This document shows, one piece after another, positions 10,159 through 21,691 of a DNA stretch of 24,105 nucleotides. The notes under the pieces are model-generated. The model saw nothing but the letters and a program-made list of their open reading frames with translations. It was not told the origin of the DNA and did not search any database. The translations under genes were made by a program, and so were the position numbers. The DNA is from Octopus sinensis (Eukaryota). Numbering within the stretch: the stretch's first letter is position 1; every line of letters begins with the position of its first letter. The DNA is taken from positions 1 through 24,105 of the forward strand of contig NW_021836468.1 in the NCBI RefSeq assembly GCF_006345805.1. The letters are read 5' to 3'.

Positions 10159-10370
10159 GTGCATGTGTGTGTGTGAGTGTGCATGTCAGCCGATATGCGT
10201 ACACACATACACAGACATGTATGTGTATGTGTGGGAGAAACAGCGGGAGAGGGCGAAAGAGAGAAAGATATACCTACCTACCTACATACGTACCTACCTA
10301 CCTACCTACATACATACATACATACATACATACATACATACATACATACATACATACATACATACATAGA
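9828..10370. repeat. (AT)n, (GT)n, (CCTA)n/(CATA)n microsatellite block
   Basis: Direct observation. Confidence 0.93.
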
Positions 10371-10954
10371 TGTATAACGTTAGTAAACCCATCAATACGA
10401 AGAAAGTGAAAAATAAAACATGGCTGGAAAGGAAATTTGCAAACAAATATTATCGCAATTATGCCTTAAAGTGAAAATTGAATCAACAAGGACAGTAATT
10501 TCTTGCGATAATGCGCAAAAGTGGCCTCTTAGAGGAATTTATCGAATGAATAACTCACCATAACGCCAGAAAAATGTTTTCATACGACAACAATTTGAAC
10601 TAATGGCGCTGTAAATATATACATTAACAAATAACAATAGCCTTCTTCACTTCACTAACGATGCCAGGAATTCGAATTAGTTATCAGGAAGATGTCTTTG
10701 AAAACGCCATTTTGATCATCTTTCTCTCTCGCATTCTCTATTACTCTCTCTCATTCTCTCTCGTTCTTTCACCTCTCTACCTTGCACTCTTTCGTATATA
10801 CACATACATAGAATCAATTTCTCTCTCTTTATGTGTTGAATCGTTTCGTATACACTTGTATATTCACATCATAAGCGTTACGCATATATTTCTACGAATC
10901 TATATCTGTAGCTATGCATCTAATTATATATCGTCTGTATCATAGTGTGTATAA

Positions 10955-11490
<536 letters not shown>

Positions 11491-13034
11491 AAGATACATA
11501 TACGTATGCTTCAATTCATCTTTTATCACAGAAATTCTATAGAATCCAATTAACTTCACCTTTAGCCTCCAGTGTAACGTGAAAATATATAAATCACAGC
11601 TGAACTAAATTATCGAGGCAGTAAATACACACACACACACAAGCACACACGAATACACACACACATACGCACACAACGGAGAAAACACGCTTATACACAC
11701 TCAAACACACGTATGTATACATATAATCTCGAATAATATTTTAATACTACATATAACAGTAGAACTAGTTGAAAATGTTCAACGAATACAAATGTCTTTT
11801 TTTTTTCTTTCGCCTTCTTGCTTTACTGAGTATGTATACAGTATTTGTTATACGTAGATTCGCTTAAAGTAGTTACTATTTACACACATATATCTAATTT
11901 ATAATACCGTTGAGTATTAAGCCAGAAGTATGTAATGTGGTATATGATTCGTTTCAATTGATTTAAGTTATGTGTTCCAGAGAATGTTTTTGTATGGGGA
12001 GATCAAATCTCATAGAATTACAGTTTAAGAGAATGAAGCTTCTATTAGCCATCTCCCGTAATTACCAAAATAATTAGTGCCATAAATACTGTAACTGGCA
12101 GAAGACTGGCGCTAATGTAGAACTCATTTGTTATATTTCCCTAACGATCTTTTTCGTCATTTAAGTTTATATCAGTAAAATTGAAGTTCGAGATCATATC
12201 AAAAGAATATATAAGTTTTTTAGCCTCCTCCCATGGTAGTGGAAATTTAGCGAAGGTATTCATACATATGGATATGAGTCATTTCGGCACGGCTGTTCTG
12301 GCGCCGCCTGTTTGGCTTTCGCTAATTCCACGCCGACTTTTATGACATCAGGTGTTTTAATGGTTCCTCGTTTTGGTGCTTCTCTAGTTTTCTAGCTGTA
12401 CCTCACCGCTCCTCTCTCTCTCCCCCTCTCTCTCTCCAGGTATAATTCTCTTTATGTGAATGAAAAGAAGGAAAATGTCAATTGTAAATCTCTCTTTCTC
12501 TCTTACGTCGCACCTCTATCTCGTTCTTTCTATATGATTCTAATTCTTCTCCTACGTTTGTGTCAATGTGTGTCAGTACGCTTGTGTCTCAGTATCAAAA
12601 CATCCTGAATATCCAATCGGATATGCCAAATCTCCAGCGTCCAAACAGTTGCGCCCACCAGTCTCATTCCAAAGCCACGTACATTCGATGTTATATATTC
12701 TATCTACACGATTTTTCTTCCAGCTCTCGTGTCGACTCGTGCTTATAGTTAAAGACACTTATACAAAGTATTGTACCGATGCTAAACCGGATGCCGTTTT
12801 GAGGCCACCACCCAAGAACTCAGAATGAAAATACCACAATGTAGCTATCAATTCTGCCAATCCAACTTCCTGTACAACAATTGATAACATGGAGATAATA
12901 CAAGTACTGCAGTAATTTGAATCGGTACCTTCTCTCCCAAACATATAACCTTTTACCAAAGCTTGTTATAGAATGTGACATTGTATTATGTTTATAACGT
13001 CGTAGGTTTTCACTCCAAGAACTTATGGTGTGCT

Positions 13035-13085
13035 GAGTCCATGAGCAAAACACTTCACCGATTGTTGTTTTAGTCTACTCTGTTT
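13035..13085 (+). mobile_element. Decayed SINE family C core fragment
   Basis: gagtccatgagcaaaacacttcaccgattgttgttttagtctactc resembles the family C core gtgttcttgagcaaaacacttca...ctccagtccactc. Confidence 0.5.
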
Positions 13086-13143
13086 TAAGGGGAAATATAT
13101 CAGCGACAGAGGCTGTGTGAATACAAAGAAGTAATATTCATCT

Positions 13144-13644
13144 CCACTTAAACATGGATGCTCTGATAGAACAGATTTTACTGAGATACATACAATGAGA
13201 GAAACTCTTATATTGGCTTTTGGAGCAAAATGCATGGTTGCTTATATCTCTAGCAGGGAGATAAATCTAACGATATGAATAAGAGTTCATTTTGCACCAA
13301 AATTCAATATGAATATTTCTCTAATGGTATCTAGCGCAGTATAGTTTGTTTTATCAGAACATCCACATTTATAAATAATAATAAATGCACCCTTTTAAAG
13401 CCTAGCCAGGCTCATGGGCCCGATTTCTATGGCGTATGTGTTCCCTAGCTGGACGCGACGCCAATGTGTCGCAGCGTTACTCATTTTTGCCAGCTGAGTG
13501 GACTGGAGCAACGTGAAGTGAAGTGTTTTGCTCAAGAACACAACACGTAACCCGGTCCTGGAATCGAAACCACAATCTTACGATCATGATGCTGACACCC
13601 TAACCACTAAGCCATGCGCCTCCACCATCCACATTTAAGTGTGG
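13144..13644. mobile_element. Foldback MITE with ~90-bp imperfect inverted arms; right arm split by a SINE
   Basis: Left arm 13144-13232 (ccacttaaacatggatgctctgatagaacag...ttttggagcaaaatg) pairs with 13288-13371 plus 13638-13644 (cattttgcaccaaaa...ttatcagaacatccacattta|agtgtgg). Confidence 0.8.
13372..13625 (-). mobile_element. Full-length tRNA-derived SINE, family C, with 12-bp TSD
   Basis: Reverse complement head gtggaggcgcatggcttagtggttaggg (A-box), ggtttcgattcc (B-box), and a (TTA) tail. TSD catccacattta at 13360-13371 and 13626-13637. Confidence 0.93.
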
Positions 13645-13944
13645 TTAGATATTACCTTTCAGTTTTAGTGAGTATCAACCGGATGCTAGGGCATGCGGCC
13701 TTCTTTTCTTTCGGCTATCACAGCTTGGTTATTGCGATAGGTCACAGATGAAAGCGTCGAGAGGTAAGGGTGTCTGTCTCCTCAAGACATTTAGCGATGG
13801 TATATTAAATGTTACCAAGACATGGTCGTTTGTCGAACGGGTGCTGGTGTATGCAGTCATCTCTTCTTCATCTTGGATAATCCGATGTTCTAAGGGGTCG
13901 CAAGGAAATCTATGTCTTCTCGCAACAGTTTGTTAAATGCAAAA

Positions 13945-14195
13945 GTAAAGTTACCTTCTGAGTCATGCTGAGTTATGACGGCCGGTTTCCCGGTTTTATG
14001 GCATATGTGCTCCTCACCTGGATGGGATGCTGGTCCATCGCAGGATTACTCATTTTTGTCAGCTGAGTGGACTGGAGCAATGTGAAATGAAGTGTTTTGG
14101 TCAGGAACACAACGGGTCACCCAATCCAGGAATCGAAACCACAATCTAACGATCATGAGTCCAACATCCTAACCACATGATGATACATGTCTCCA
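13945..14195 (-). mobile_element. SINE family C, second copy with a different 3' end
   Basis: Shares ttactcatttttg.cagctgagtggactggagcaa.gtgaa.tgaagtgttttg and ggaatcgaaaccacaatct with 13372-13625. Confidence 0.9.
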
Positions 14196-14692
14196 AGGTA
14201 AAAATCCATTCGTTATTGCATGCAAAGTCTACACAGGATATTGTAATAACGAACACTTCTGATAAGACAGACATACGTAAAACTCGGTCGTGAATTACTA
14301 TTCAACATTTAGTTGATATAACAAGTCATTAAATATAAATCTCGACACTAATTAGCAAAATTTAATTAGTGAAAAATACCAATACTAATCACTCTCTTAT
14401 TATAACTCATGTTTCGGTAGAAATTTAATATTGGAATACTAACAAAAATTCAAAAGGAAAAGATGTGTCTTTCAATAAGAATTCGTACATGTTTATTTGT
14501 TATGCTGGATGGGAGGTTGTGAAGTTCATGCTTTCCTTCGTCACTGTTCTCTTCCTTTCATCAATTCGAGTTATACTGTAGAGGTACCTCCTTCATATCC
14601 AAATGTATAGTAGAAATGTATATATATATTCACATCTACACAAATACATCTATGTATATGTATATATATATATATATATACATATATTTACA

Positions 14693-14919
14693 TACATGCT
14701 CAACTGGTTAAGGTCAAACAACTGACAAGCAAATCTGTGGTATTGAGCAGAATAATATTTGCTGTAGCGCATCATTTATACCAATACAAAACAATGTGCA
14801 TGTTAACACTTCCAATCAGTTAAGATCAGAAGCCACGAGAGTCACTGTCTGGTACTGCATCAGGGCATTTATTATTATTATTATTTTTATTTTTATTATT
14901 ATAACTATTATTATTATTG

Positions 14920-14980
<61 letters not shown>
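14693..14980 (+). mobile_element. Probable 3' end of a retroposon ending in an (ATT)n tail
   Basis: Complex sequence ...ctggtactgcatcagggcat runs directly into (ATT)n. It is single-copy in this window and the family is not identified. Confidence 0.35.
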
Positions 14981-15139
14981 GTTATTTCCTTCTTTCTTCA
15001 AATTCTCTTCCGTTTCTCGCCGACTGTTTTCCATACACCTAGGGCAGAGAAGCTCATTGTATGCATTCCCAGATTACACACGAAAATTCACAGATAAAAT
15101 ATGTATTTAAAAATTAATAAATAAATAAATTCATGGATG

Positions 15140-15151
15140 TTATTATTGTTG

Positions 15152-15219
<68 letters not shown>

Positions 15220-15220
15220 G
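15140..15220. repeat. (ATT)n microsatellite
   Basis: Direct observation. Confidence 0.95.
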
Positions 15221-15244
15221 ATGTTTTTGTCGTTATTTGTGTTG

Positions 15245-15395
15245 CTATGTGACATTGAAATACCGCCTAGGTTAAGTGTGACTTTCGTCCTATCGAAGTC
15301 GTTAAAATTAGTACCAGTCGAGCACTGGTGTCTATGCAATCGACTCAGACCTTCCCTTGGAAATTGCGATTTTTTTACCTAAATTAGAAATGGAT
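15245..15395 (+). mobile_element. Decayed SINE family A, 3' part
   Basis: actttcgtcctatcgaagtcgttaaaattagtaccagtcgagcactggtgtctatgcaatcgact. Confidence 0.75.
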
Positions 15396-15491
15396 AGTAT
15401 CTTCATATGAAAGTCTACATAAGTTTATAACCTCGACGTTTTATTACAGAATATGTAATATATGGAATATTATGAGCATATAGCTGCATAC

Positions 15492-15494
<3 letters not shown>

Positions 15495-15567
<73 letters not shown>

Positions 15568-15716
15568 TATGTACATACTATATATAATATATATATAATA
15601 TATATCTATATAGAATATATATGTATATATATGGTATATATATATATATTTTTATAAGAATGCCATATTAGTATGGCGATACTATTATATAAATATAATA
15701 TATATATTACTATAAT

Positions 15717-15762
<46 letters not shown>

Positions 15763-15775
15763 CTGTGTGTGTGTA
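15495..15775. repeat. (AT)n microsatellite, partly scrambled
   Basis: Direct observation. Confidence 0.93.
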
Positions 15776-16079
15776 ATGGTGGTCGTCCTCAGCCTGAAAC
15801 AGCAGAAATTGCAACTATGAAATTCGCGTCACCGATTTTCCGGCAATATTAGATATGGCACAAAAAGATTTTATGTTTATTTGCGGAATAAATATCTTTT
15901 GACTGTAAAGATATCTATAAAGAAAGGAAAACTTCTGTATTGTTTTGGAGGCCTTTAACAGTCTTATACAAAACTATAAGTCACCCAACCGTGTATCATT
16001 TTCAAATATATATATAATTCAAAGATTTATGTATTTATGTGCATATGCCCCGGTGTATGTATGACTGAGATAAAAACGT

Positions 16080-16240
16080 GTACACGTATACATATACATA
16101 TATACACACATGCATAAATACATATATATAATGCATACATGTATTCATATACATGTATGTATATATATATATATATAATATAATATATATATATATGTAT
16201 ATATATATATAATATATATATATATATGTATATATATATA

Positions 16241-16296
<56 letters not shown>

Positions 16297-16488
16297 GATG
16301 CATGTATTCATATACATGTATATATATACATATATATGTACAGATATGTGCATACATATATAGATATATATTAAATAAACAGATAGATAGATATGTGTAC
16401 ACACACACACGTGTTTGTGTCGATATGATTTTGTATATGCATGTGCGATTGTGTTGCCTGTCGGTATATATATATATATATATATGTG

Positions 16489-16539
<51 letters not shown>

Positions 16540-16720
16540 ATGTGTGCGTGTATGTATATACATACACATATATACATACATATATATATAACATATATAT
16601 ATGTACTCTCATGTATATACTTGTGTATGTGTGATATTTTACTTTCATTTGTTTGTGTGCATGTGTGTGTGTGTGTGTGTTTGGTGAGGGTGTTATGTAT
16701 ATATATGTATCTATGTATGT
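16080..16720. repeat. (AT)n/(GT)n microsatellite block
   Basis: Direct observation; explains the long Y/I/H ORFs at 16027-16761. Confidence 0.93.
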
Positions 16721-16855
16721 CTTTAACACTAAAACGTTTGGTGGTCGCTGTGTATTATTAATGTTTTGCCTTTATGTGTCTCCCGGGGACAATAAAAATA
16801 ATATAATCCTGCTGATGAGGATTATTGTTATATATTATTATTATTATTATTATTA

Positions 16856-16891
<36 letters not shown>

Positions 16892-16917
16892 CATTATTAT
16901 TATTATTATTATTATTA

Positions 16918-17294
16918 TACGCAGTAGTTTAATTTTTATAGCGTGCTTTCACTTCACTACCGAGCGCAGCTCTGTGTGCCTTGGGTATGTGCTGTGATTT
17001 TTTGTGATGCTCTGATGGTATTGTTATGGAAAGTGTTCTGCGTAGGATGTGTGCAGTGCCTAGTAGTGCAATTTTCTGTATGTTATATGTGTTTGTAAGT
17101 CCTGGTGTTGTTGTTATGTATTTGTCTGAATATTTTTTTATCATGCCTAATGCACCTACTTGATAGGAATTGTTTCTGTTTCAGGTTCCACATTCTAGTT
17201 ACCTCTATTTCCAGGTCTTTGTATTTTGAGATTCTCCATTTCTTTTAGAGACACGTTGTCATCTGCCGGTATTGATACACAATTAGAAGCATTT
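16918..17294 (-). mobile_element. 5'-truncated non-LTR retrotransposon with a restriction-like endonuclease (R4/Dong-type)
   Basis: Frameshift-corrected translation KCFLI/VSIPADDNVSLKEME/SKYKDLEIEVTRMWNLK/ETIPI/VGALGMIKKYSDKYITTTPGLTNTYNIQKIALLGTAHILRRTLS, then a ~100-bp 3' UTR. Flanked on both sides by (TAA)n. Confidence 0.9.
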
Positions 17295-17322
17295 ATTATT
17301 ATATTATTATTATTATTATTAA

Positions 17323-17356
<34 letters not shown>

Positions 17357-17679
17357 ATATTATCATTATTATTATCATCATCATATTATCATATCATTAT
17401 TATTATTATATCATTATCATTATTATTATATCATTATTATATTATTATTATTATTATTATTATCATTATTATATTATTATTATTATTATTATTATTATTT
17501 TATTATTATTGTTGTTATCATTATTGTTATTATCATCATCATTATTATTATCATTATTATTATTATTATCATCATTATTATTATTATTTATTATATTATA
17601 TGATTATTATTATATCATCATTATCATCTATCATCTCATCATCATCATTCATCATCATCATCATCATTATAATTATTAT

Positions 17680-17716
<37 letters not shown>

Positions 17717-17727
17717 ATTAGTATTAT

Positions 17728-17786
<59 letters not shown>

Positions 17787-17790
17787 TCAT
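17293..17790. repeat. (ATT)n/(ATC)n tract ending in pure (TAG)n
   Basis: Direct observation. Confidence 0.95.
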
Positions 17791-18093
17791 TATCCAAGAC
17801 TTATATTTAATACTTTCGATAACTGAGGTCAATTTTGTGTTACATGCACATGTGTACTCTTGTTTTAGTTTTATAAGCATTTTTTTGACTCAACATTCTA
17901 AACAATATATATGCAGATGTTTCTGATAGTATGTCCTTTTGGCTGTAGATATTCGTAAACCTTGGAGTTATTTTATGCATATTTATATGTAATTCTCAAA
18001 CTGTTTCTGTGAAGGTAGTCTTTTTTATTCTTTATTAAATATAGCCCTTGTATATCAGATTTTGTATCTAGTATTCTAATAATAACGATTTAA

Positions 18094-18541
18094 TTTACTC
18101 TTTACTCTTTTACTTGTTTCAGGCATTTGACTGCGGCCATGCTGGAGCACCGCCTTTAGTCGAGCAACTCTACCCCGGGACTTATTCTTTTGTAAGCCCA
18201 GTACTTATTCTATCCGTCTCTTTTGCCGAACCGCTAAGTGACGGGGACGTAAACACACCAGCATCGGTTGTCAAGCAATGCTAGGGGGACAAACACAGAC
18301 ACACAAACATACACACACGCACACACACACACACACAACATATATTATATATATATATATATATATACACATATATACGACGGGCTTCTTTCAGTTTCCG
18401 TCTACCAAATCCACTCACAAGGCTTTGGTCGGCCCGAGGCTATAGTAGAAGACACTCGCCCAAGGGGCCACGCAGTGGGACTGAACCCAGGACCATGTGG
18501 TTGGTAAGCAAGCTACTTACCACACAGCCAATCTTGCGCCT
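18094..18541 (-). mobile_element. Full-length SINE family B with internal CA/TA microsatellite and a short repeated tail
   Basis: Head aggcgcaagattggctgtgtggtaagtagc, B-box ggttcagtccc, 3' end ...gaaacaagtaaaagagtaaaagagtaa. Confidence 0.93.
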
Positions 18542-18845
18542 ATGTTATTGTTATTGTTTTCTGTTAAACCTTACTAAGGCGTTCAGCTTTGACTTGAAAT
18601 TTTAGAGCTATAACTTAATACTAAGAAAACCAGAGTATGTACACTTATCTTCATTTTGTTTTGCATTTAGAACTACTTTATTTATTAATGTATGTATTCT
18701 CTCCTAAATGTTTTCTTTCATTAGTGTGTCTTGTATATTGTCTCGTCCATTGAAATCCCAAGATTGTGTAAATCTATGGTTGATATCATTCACTAACTTC
18801 TCCTTCGTTGCGTTGCATTATTCGGGTTCTGAAGTTCATTTTAAC

Positions 18846-19082
18846 GTATTTTGTTATATGCCGTTACGTTCTGAGTTCAAATTCCGCCGAGGTTGACTTT
18901 GCCTTTCATCCTTTCGGGGTCGATAAATTAAGTGCCAGTTACGCACTGGGGTCGATGTAATCGGCTTAATCCGTTTGTCTGTCCTTGTTTGTCCCCTCTA
19001 TGTTTAACCCCTTGCGGGCAATAAGAAATTAAGAAACGTTTGCACGCGGGCAATAATACTTAGCAGCATTTGGGGTGTCTTT
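18846..19082 (+). mobile_element. Head-less SINE family A monomer followed by a head fragment
   Basis: gccgttacgttctgagttcaaattccgccgagg...ccccttgcgggcaataagaaatt, then agaaacgtttgcacgcgggcaataatacttagcagcattt. Confidence 0.88.
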
Positions 19083-20061
19083 GGACCAACTTTGTCTCGC
19101 ATGTATGTATATATGTATGTATGTATGTATATATGCATGTATATATGTATATACATACATTCTTGCTTGGACACTGGTTTTTAACTATAGGTTTTCCTTA
19201 TTTGAAAAGTAATTTTTAAAAGATTTTCTAAACGATGAAATTTTATTTTTACATTATATATTATATATTACTTATTTATATGCTTCCTATATATATATAT
19301 ATATATATATATAAATTATCTTTATTGCTGAAAAGAACGAAACTGCAGTCTAAGAGGAACCGAGTTAGTAAATGTTTTATCTTCATTTCACACTAATTTA
19401 TCTAGCTTCTGTGTTTCTAGCACATATTTCGCCTTAATGTACTGATATAATGAAAATATATGGCTTGTGCTAGAAATACCAGCGATAATATTTTATTTTA
19501 TCGCAATTTGACTTGTTTATATATATATATATATATATCATATATATATATATTTATATATTCTTATATACCTATATATTTATATATTACTTATACTATA
19601 TTTTACGTATTTATTTTCTAGGTGTTGTAATGTTTTTTAAAAAATATATATTTCTTAATCGCTAAAGTATAAACTTTAACCGTGATAAACTGTATTCACA
19701 CATTTTTCTCGCACTTTCTTATATGCTTGTACAGATGAGTTATGTTTCATCTTCCGTGATGTCTAAATGTATATTCTATGATTAAATGTTCGAGATATGA
19801 AATGTTATGTGGATGACCTTGCATTTGTTTGTTCTGTAACCTTAGTTTGATATATTTGTTTCATTTAATTGAGCACTTCTATAGCAGTCCTATTAAACAT
19901 TTTGTTCCTGATAAGAAACAGTCACTGTATTATTGATATATATATATATATGTATATACATATACATACACACAAACACATGTGTATGTCCACACGTTTT
20001 TATCTCTGTCACACATAGATCCATGCACTTATATAAATCTTTGTACATTTGAAAAGGGTTC

Positions 20062-20160
20062 ACGATAAAATAAGTATCAGTTGAAAACTGGGATCGATAT
20101 AATCGACTTACCCCTACCCACAAATTGTCAGTGTTGTGCCAAAACTTGATACCAATATTA
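20062..20160 (+). mobile_element. SINE family A 3' fragment
   Basis: cgataaaataagtatcagttgaaaactgggatcgatataatcgactta...ttgtgccaaaacttga. Confidence 0.75.
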
Positions 20161-20905
20161 ATCTGATACTTCTGTGATAATAGCTTCTTATTTGTTCTTT
20201 ATTCCTGTGTTGTATCTCGTAAATTTCGCCTACTCCTAGCTATGGATCTTTCAGTTCTAATTGCCTGATTCCAATGTCTAGATCTAATTTTACAGCTCAC
20301 ATATTTAATTAGCTTCATCTTATATTATACATGAAACGGAAAGCTCTTGCGTGTCTATCAGAAGATTCTTGAATTAAAAGCAAATAGCTTTCTCTATCTC
20401 TATAGGTAGTCAGCTGGACTATTGCATTGTACTTAGATGTACGCGTAAGCACCATATTCCAAAGGAATTGATGCTATAATAAAACACTGACAACTTTATC
20501 ATGTCTTTGTGATTCCATTAGCGACAGGTGAGTTCTAATGTTACTTGAAGTCATAAAAGATTATAGGTCTTAGACTTTTAAACAAAACATTTTATACTTT
20601 AGGCAAAATGAATTCGTTGGAAGCTAGTACTTACAGTTTTATTACTAACACAGGAAGAAATGTCCATGAGATAAGTGTTAAAACAGGTCAAATATCGATT
20701 ACTTTTTACGTCGGTAGGAAGCTTCGAATTTCGGAAAACCACGCAATTGAGTGACGTTGTGACAGCTGAGAATTTAGTCCAAGTTTCGATACTGCTTCAA
20801 CGACGCATTCCATGTAATGCAGAATTTGTAAGCGTTATCTGAATTGCGCTTGTGTTCAGCTGTTCACTCTAAAGGTTAGAATGTCAGTGAGGTTCAGAAG
20901 CTCGA

Positions 20906-21023
20906 TTTGCCGAACTGCTAGGTTACGGGGACGTAAAAGCACCAGCATCATCGGTTGTCAAGCGATAATTGGGGGACAAACACACACACACAAACACACA
21001 CACACAAAGACACATATGCTTAC

Positions 21024-21056
<33 letters not shown>

Positions 21057-21114
21057 ACATACACACACACACACACACACACATGCACACACACACACAC
21101 ACATATATATATAT
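20906..21114 (-). mobile_element. SINE family B 3'-module fragment with an expanded (CA)n
   Basis: tttgccgaactgctaggttacggggacgtaaa...tcggttgtcaagcgataattgggggacaaacac matches 18222-18297. Confidence 0.85.
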
Positions 21115-21115
21115 A

Positions 21116-21315
21116 GGGGCGGAATTCATACACAAAAATAACAAAAGACGAAGACAGGTGGTGTAGACAACAAACAGATGTATTAGATTAATGCCCGGGA
21201 AGTGAAAAAGTCTTTAACGTTTCGAGCCTACACACTTCCACAGAAAGGAACACAAAAAAAAACAGGGAGAGAAAATAAAGAATGTGTACTGCCTAGCGAT
21301 CTACCATGGCGAATG
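21116..21315 (-). mobile_element. Probable Penelope-like pseudo-LTR fragment with a degenerate minimal hammerhead motif
   Basis: Reverse complement contains cttt-ctgtgga-agtgtgtaggctc-gaaacgtt-aaag (21247-21212), inside a 200-bp island between microsatellites. Confidence 0.45.
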
Positions 21316-21317
21316 AT

Positions 21318-21381
<64 letters not shown>

Positions 21382-21691
21382 GTGGAAATCCGAAGGTGCA
21401 ATATCTGGTGAATATGGAGAGTGGGCTAACACATCCCAGCCGAGCTGCAGCAATTTTTGTCTGGTTCCCAAAACATCAAGTGCCGAAAATGAAATTTCTT
21501 ATCTTCCATTTTAAAGGGTTACAGAATTAACACAAGTTATAGGAACATAAACCTTCTTCCACAAAAAGATAACTTAAACTGTGCTCTAAATGGAGGTGTA
21601 GTCAAATCCTATTTTATGGACTCAACCATGTTCTAAAATAAGTCGAAAGGTAAGCTACTATAAATCGGCACGAACTTTCCGGACAACTCAA
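21382..21691 (-). mobile_element. Internally deleted mariner element: 5' TIR and start codon fused to the YSPDLAP region
   Basis: TIR at ~21662-21691. ATG at 21509 gives MEDKKFHFRHLMFW, joined out of frame to GTRQKLLQLGWDVLAHSPYSPDIAPSDFH. Confidence 0.92.

Larger units (their letters stand above)
12270..13935 (-). mobile_element. Heavily decayed Mutator-like (MULE) DNA transposon, interrupted by later insertions
   Basis: Minus-strand peptides occur in colinear MULE order: RRHRFPCDPLEHRIIQDEEEMT..NDHVLVTFNIPSLNVLRR and a frameshifted DTL..D (13920-13760); LTKTER*Y (~13660); GTDSNYCSTCIISMLSIVVQEVGLAELIATL..LASVQYFV (12930-12760); MRLVGATVWTL (~12650). GC-rich terminal-like repeats atttcggcacggctgttctggcgccgcctgtttggc lie at 12281-12316. 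Confidence 0.45.

Noticed and set aside
20650-20870. Possible ancient mariner HTH remnant (SDVVTAENLVQV..RRI)
   Set aside because: Too degenerate to support by eye, and no TIR was found.
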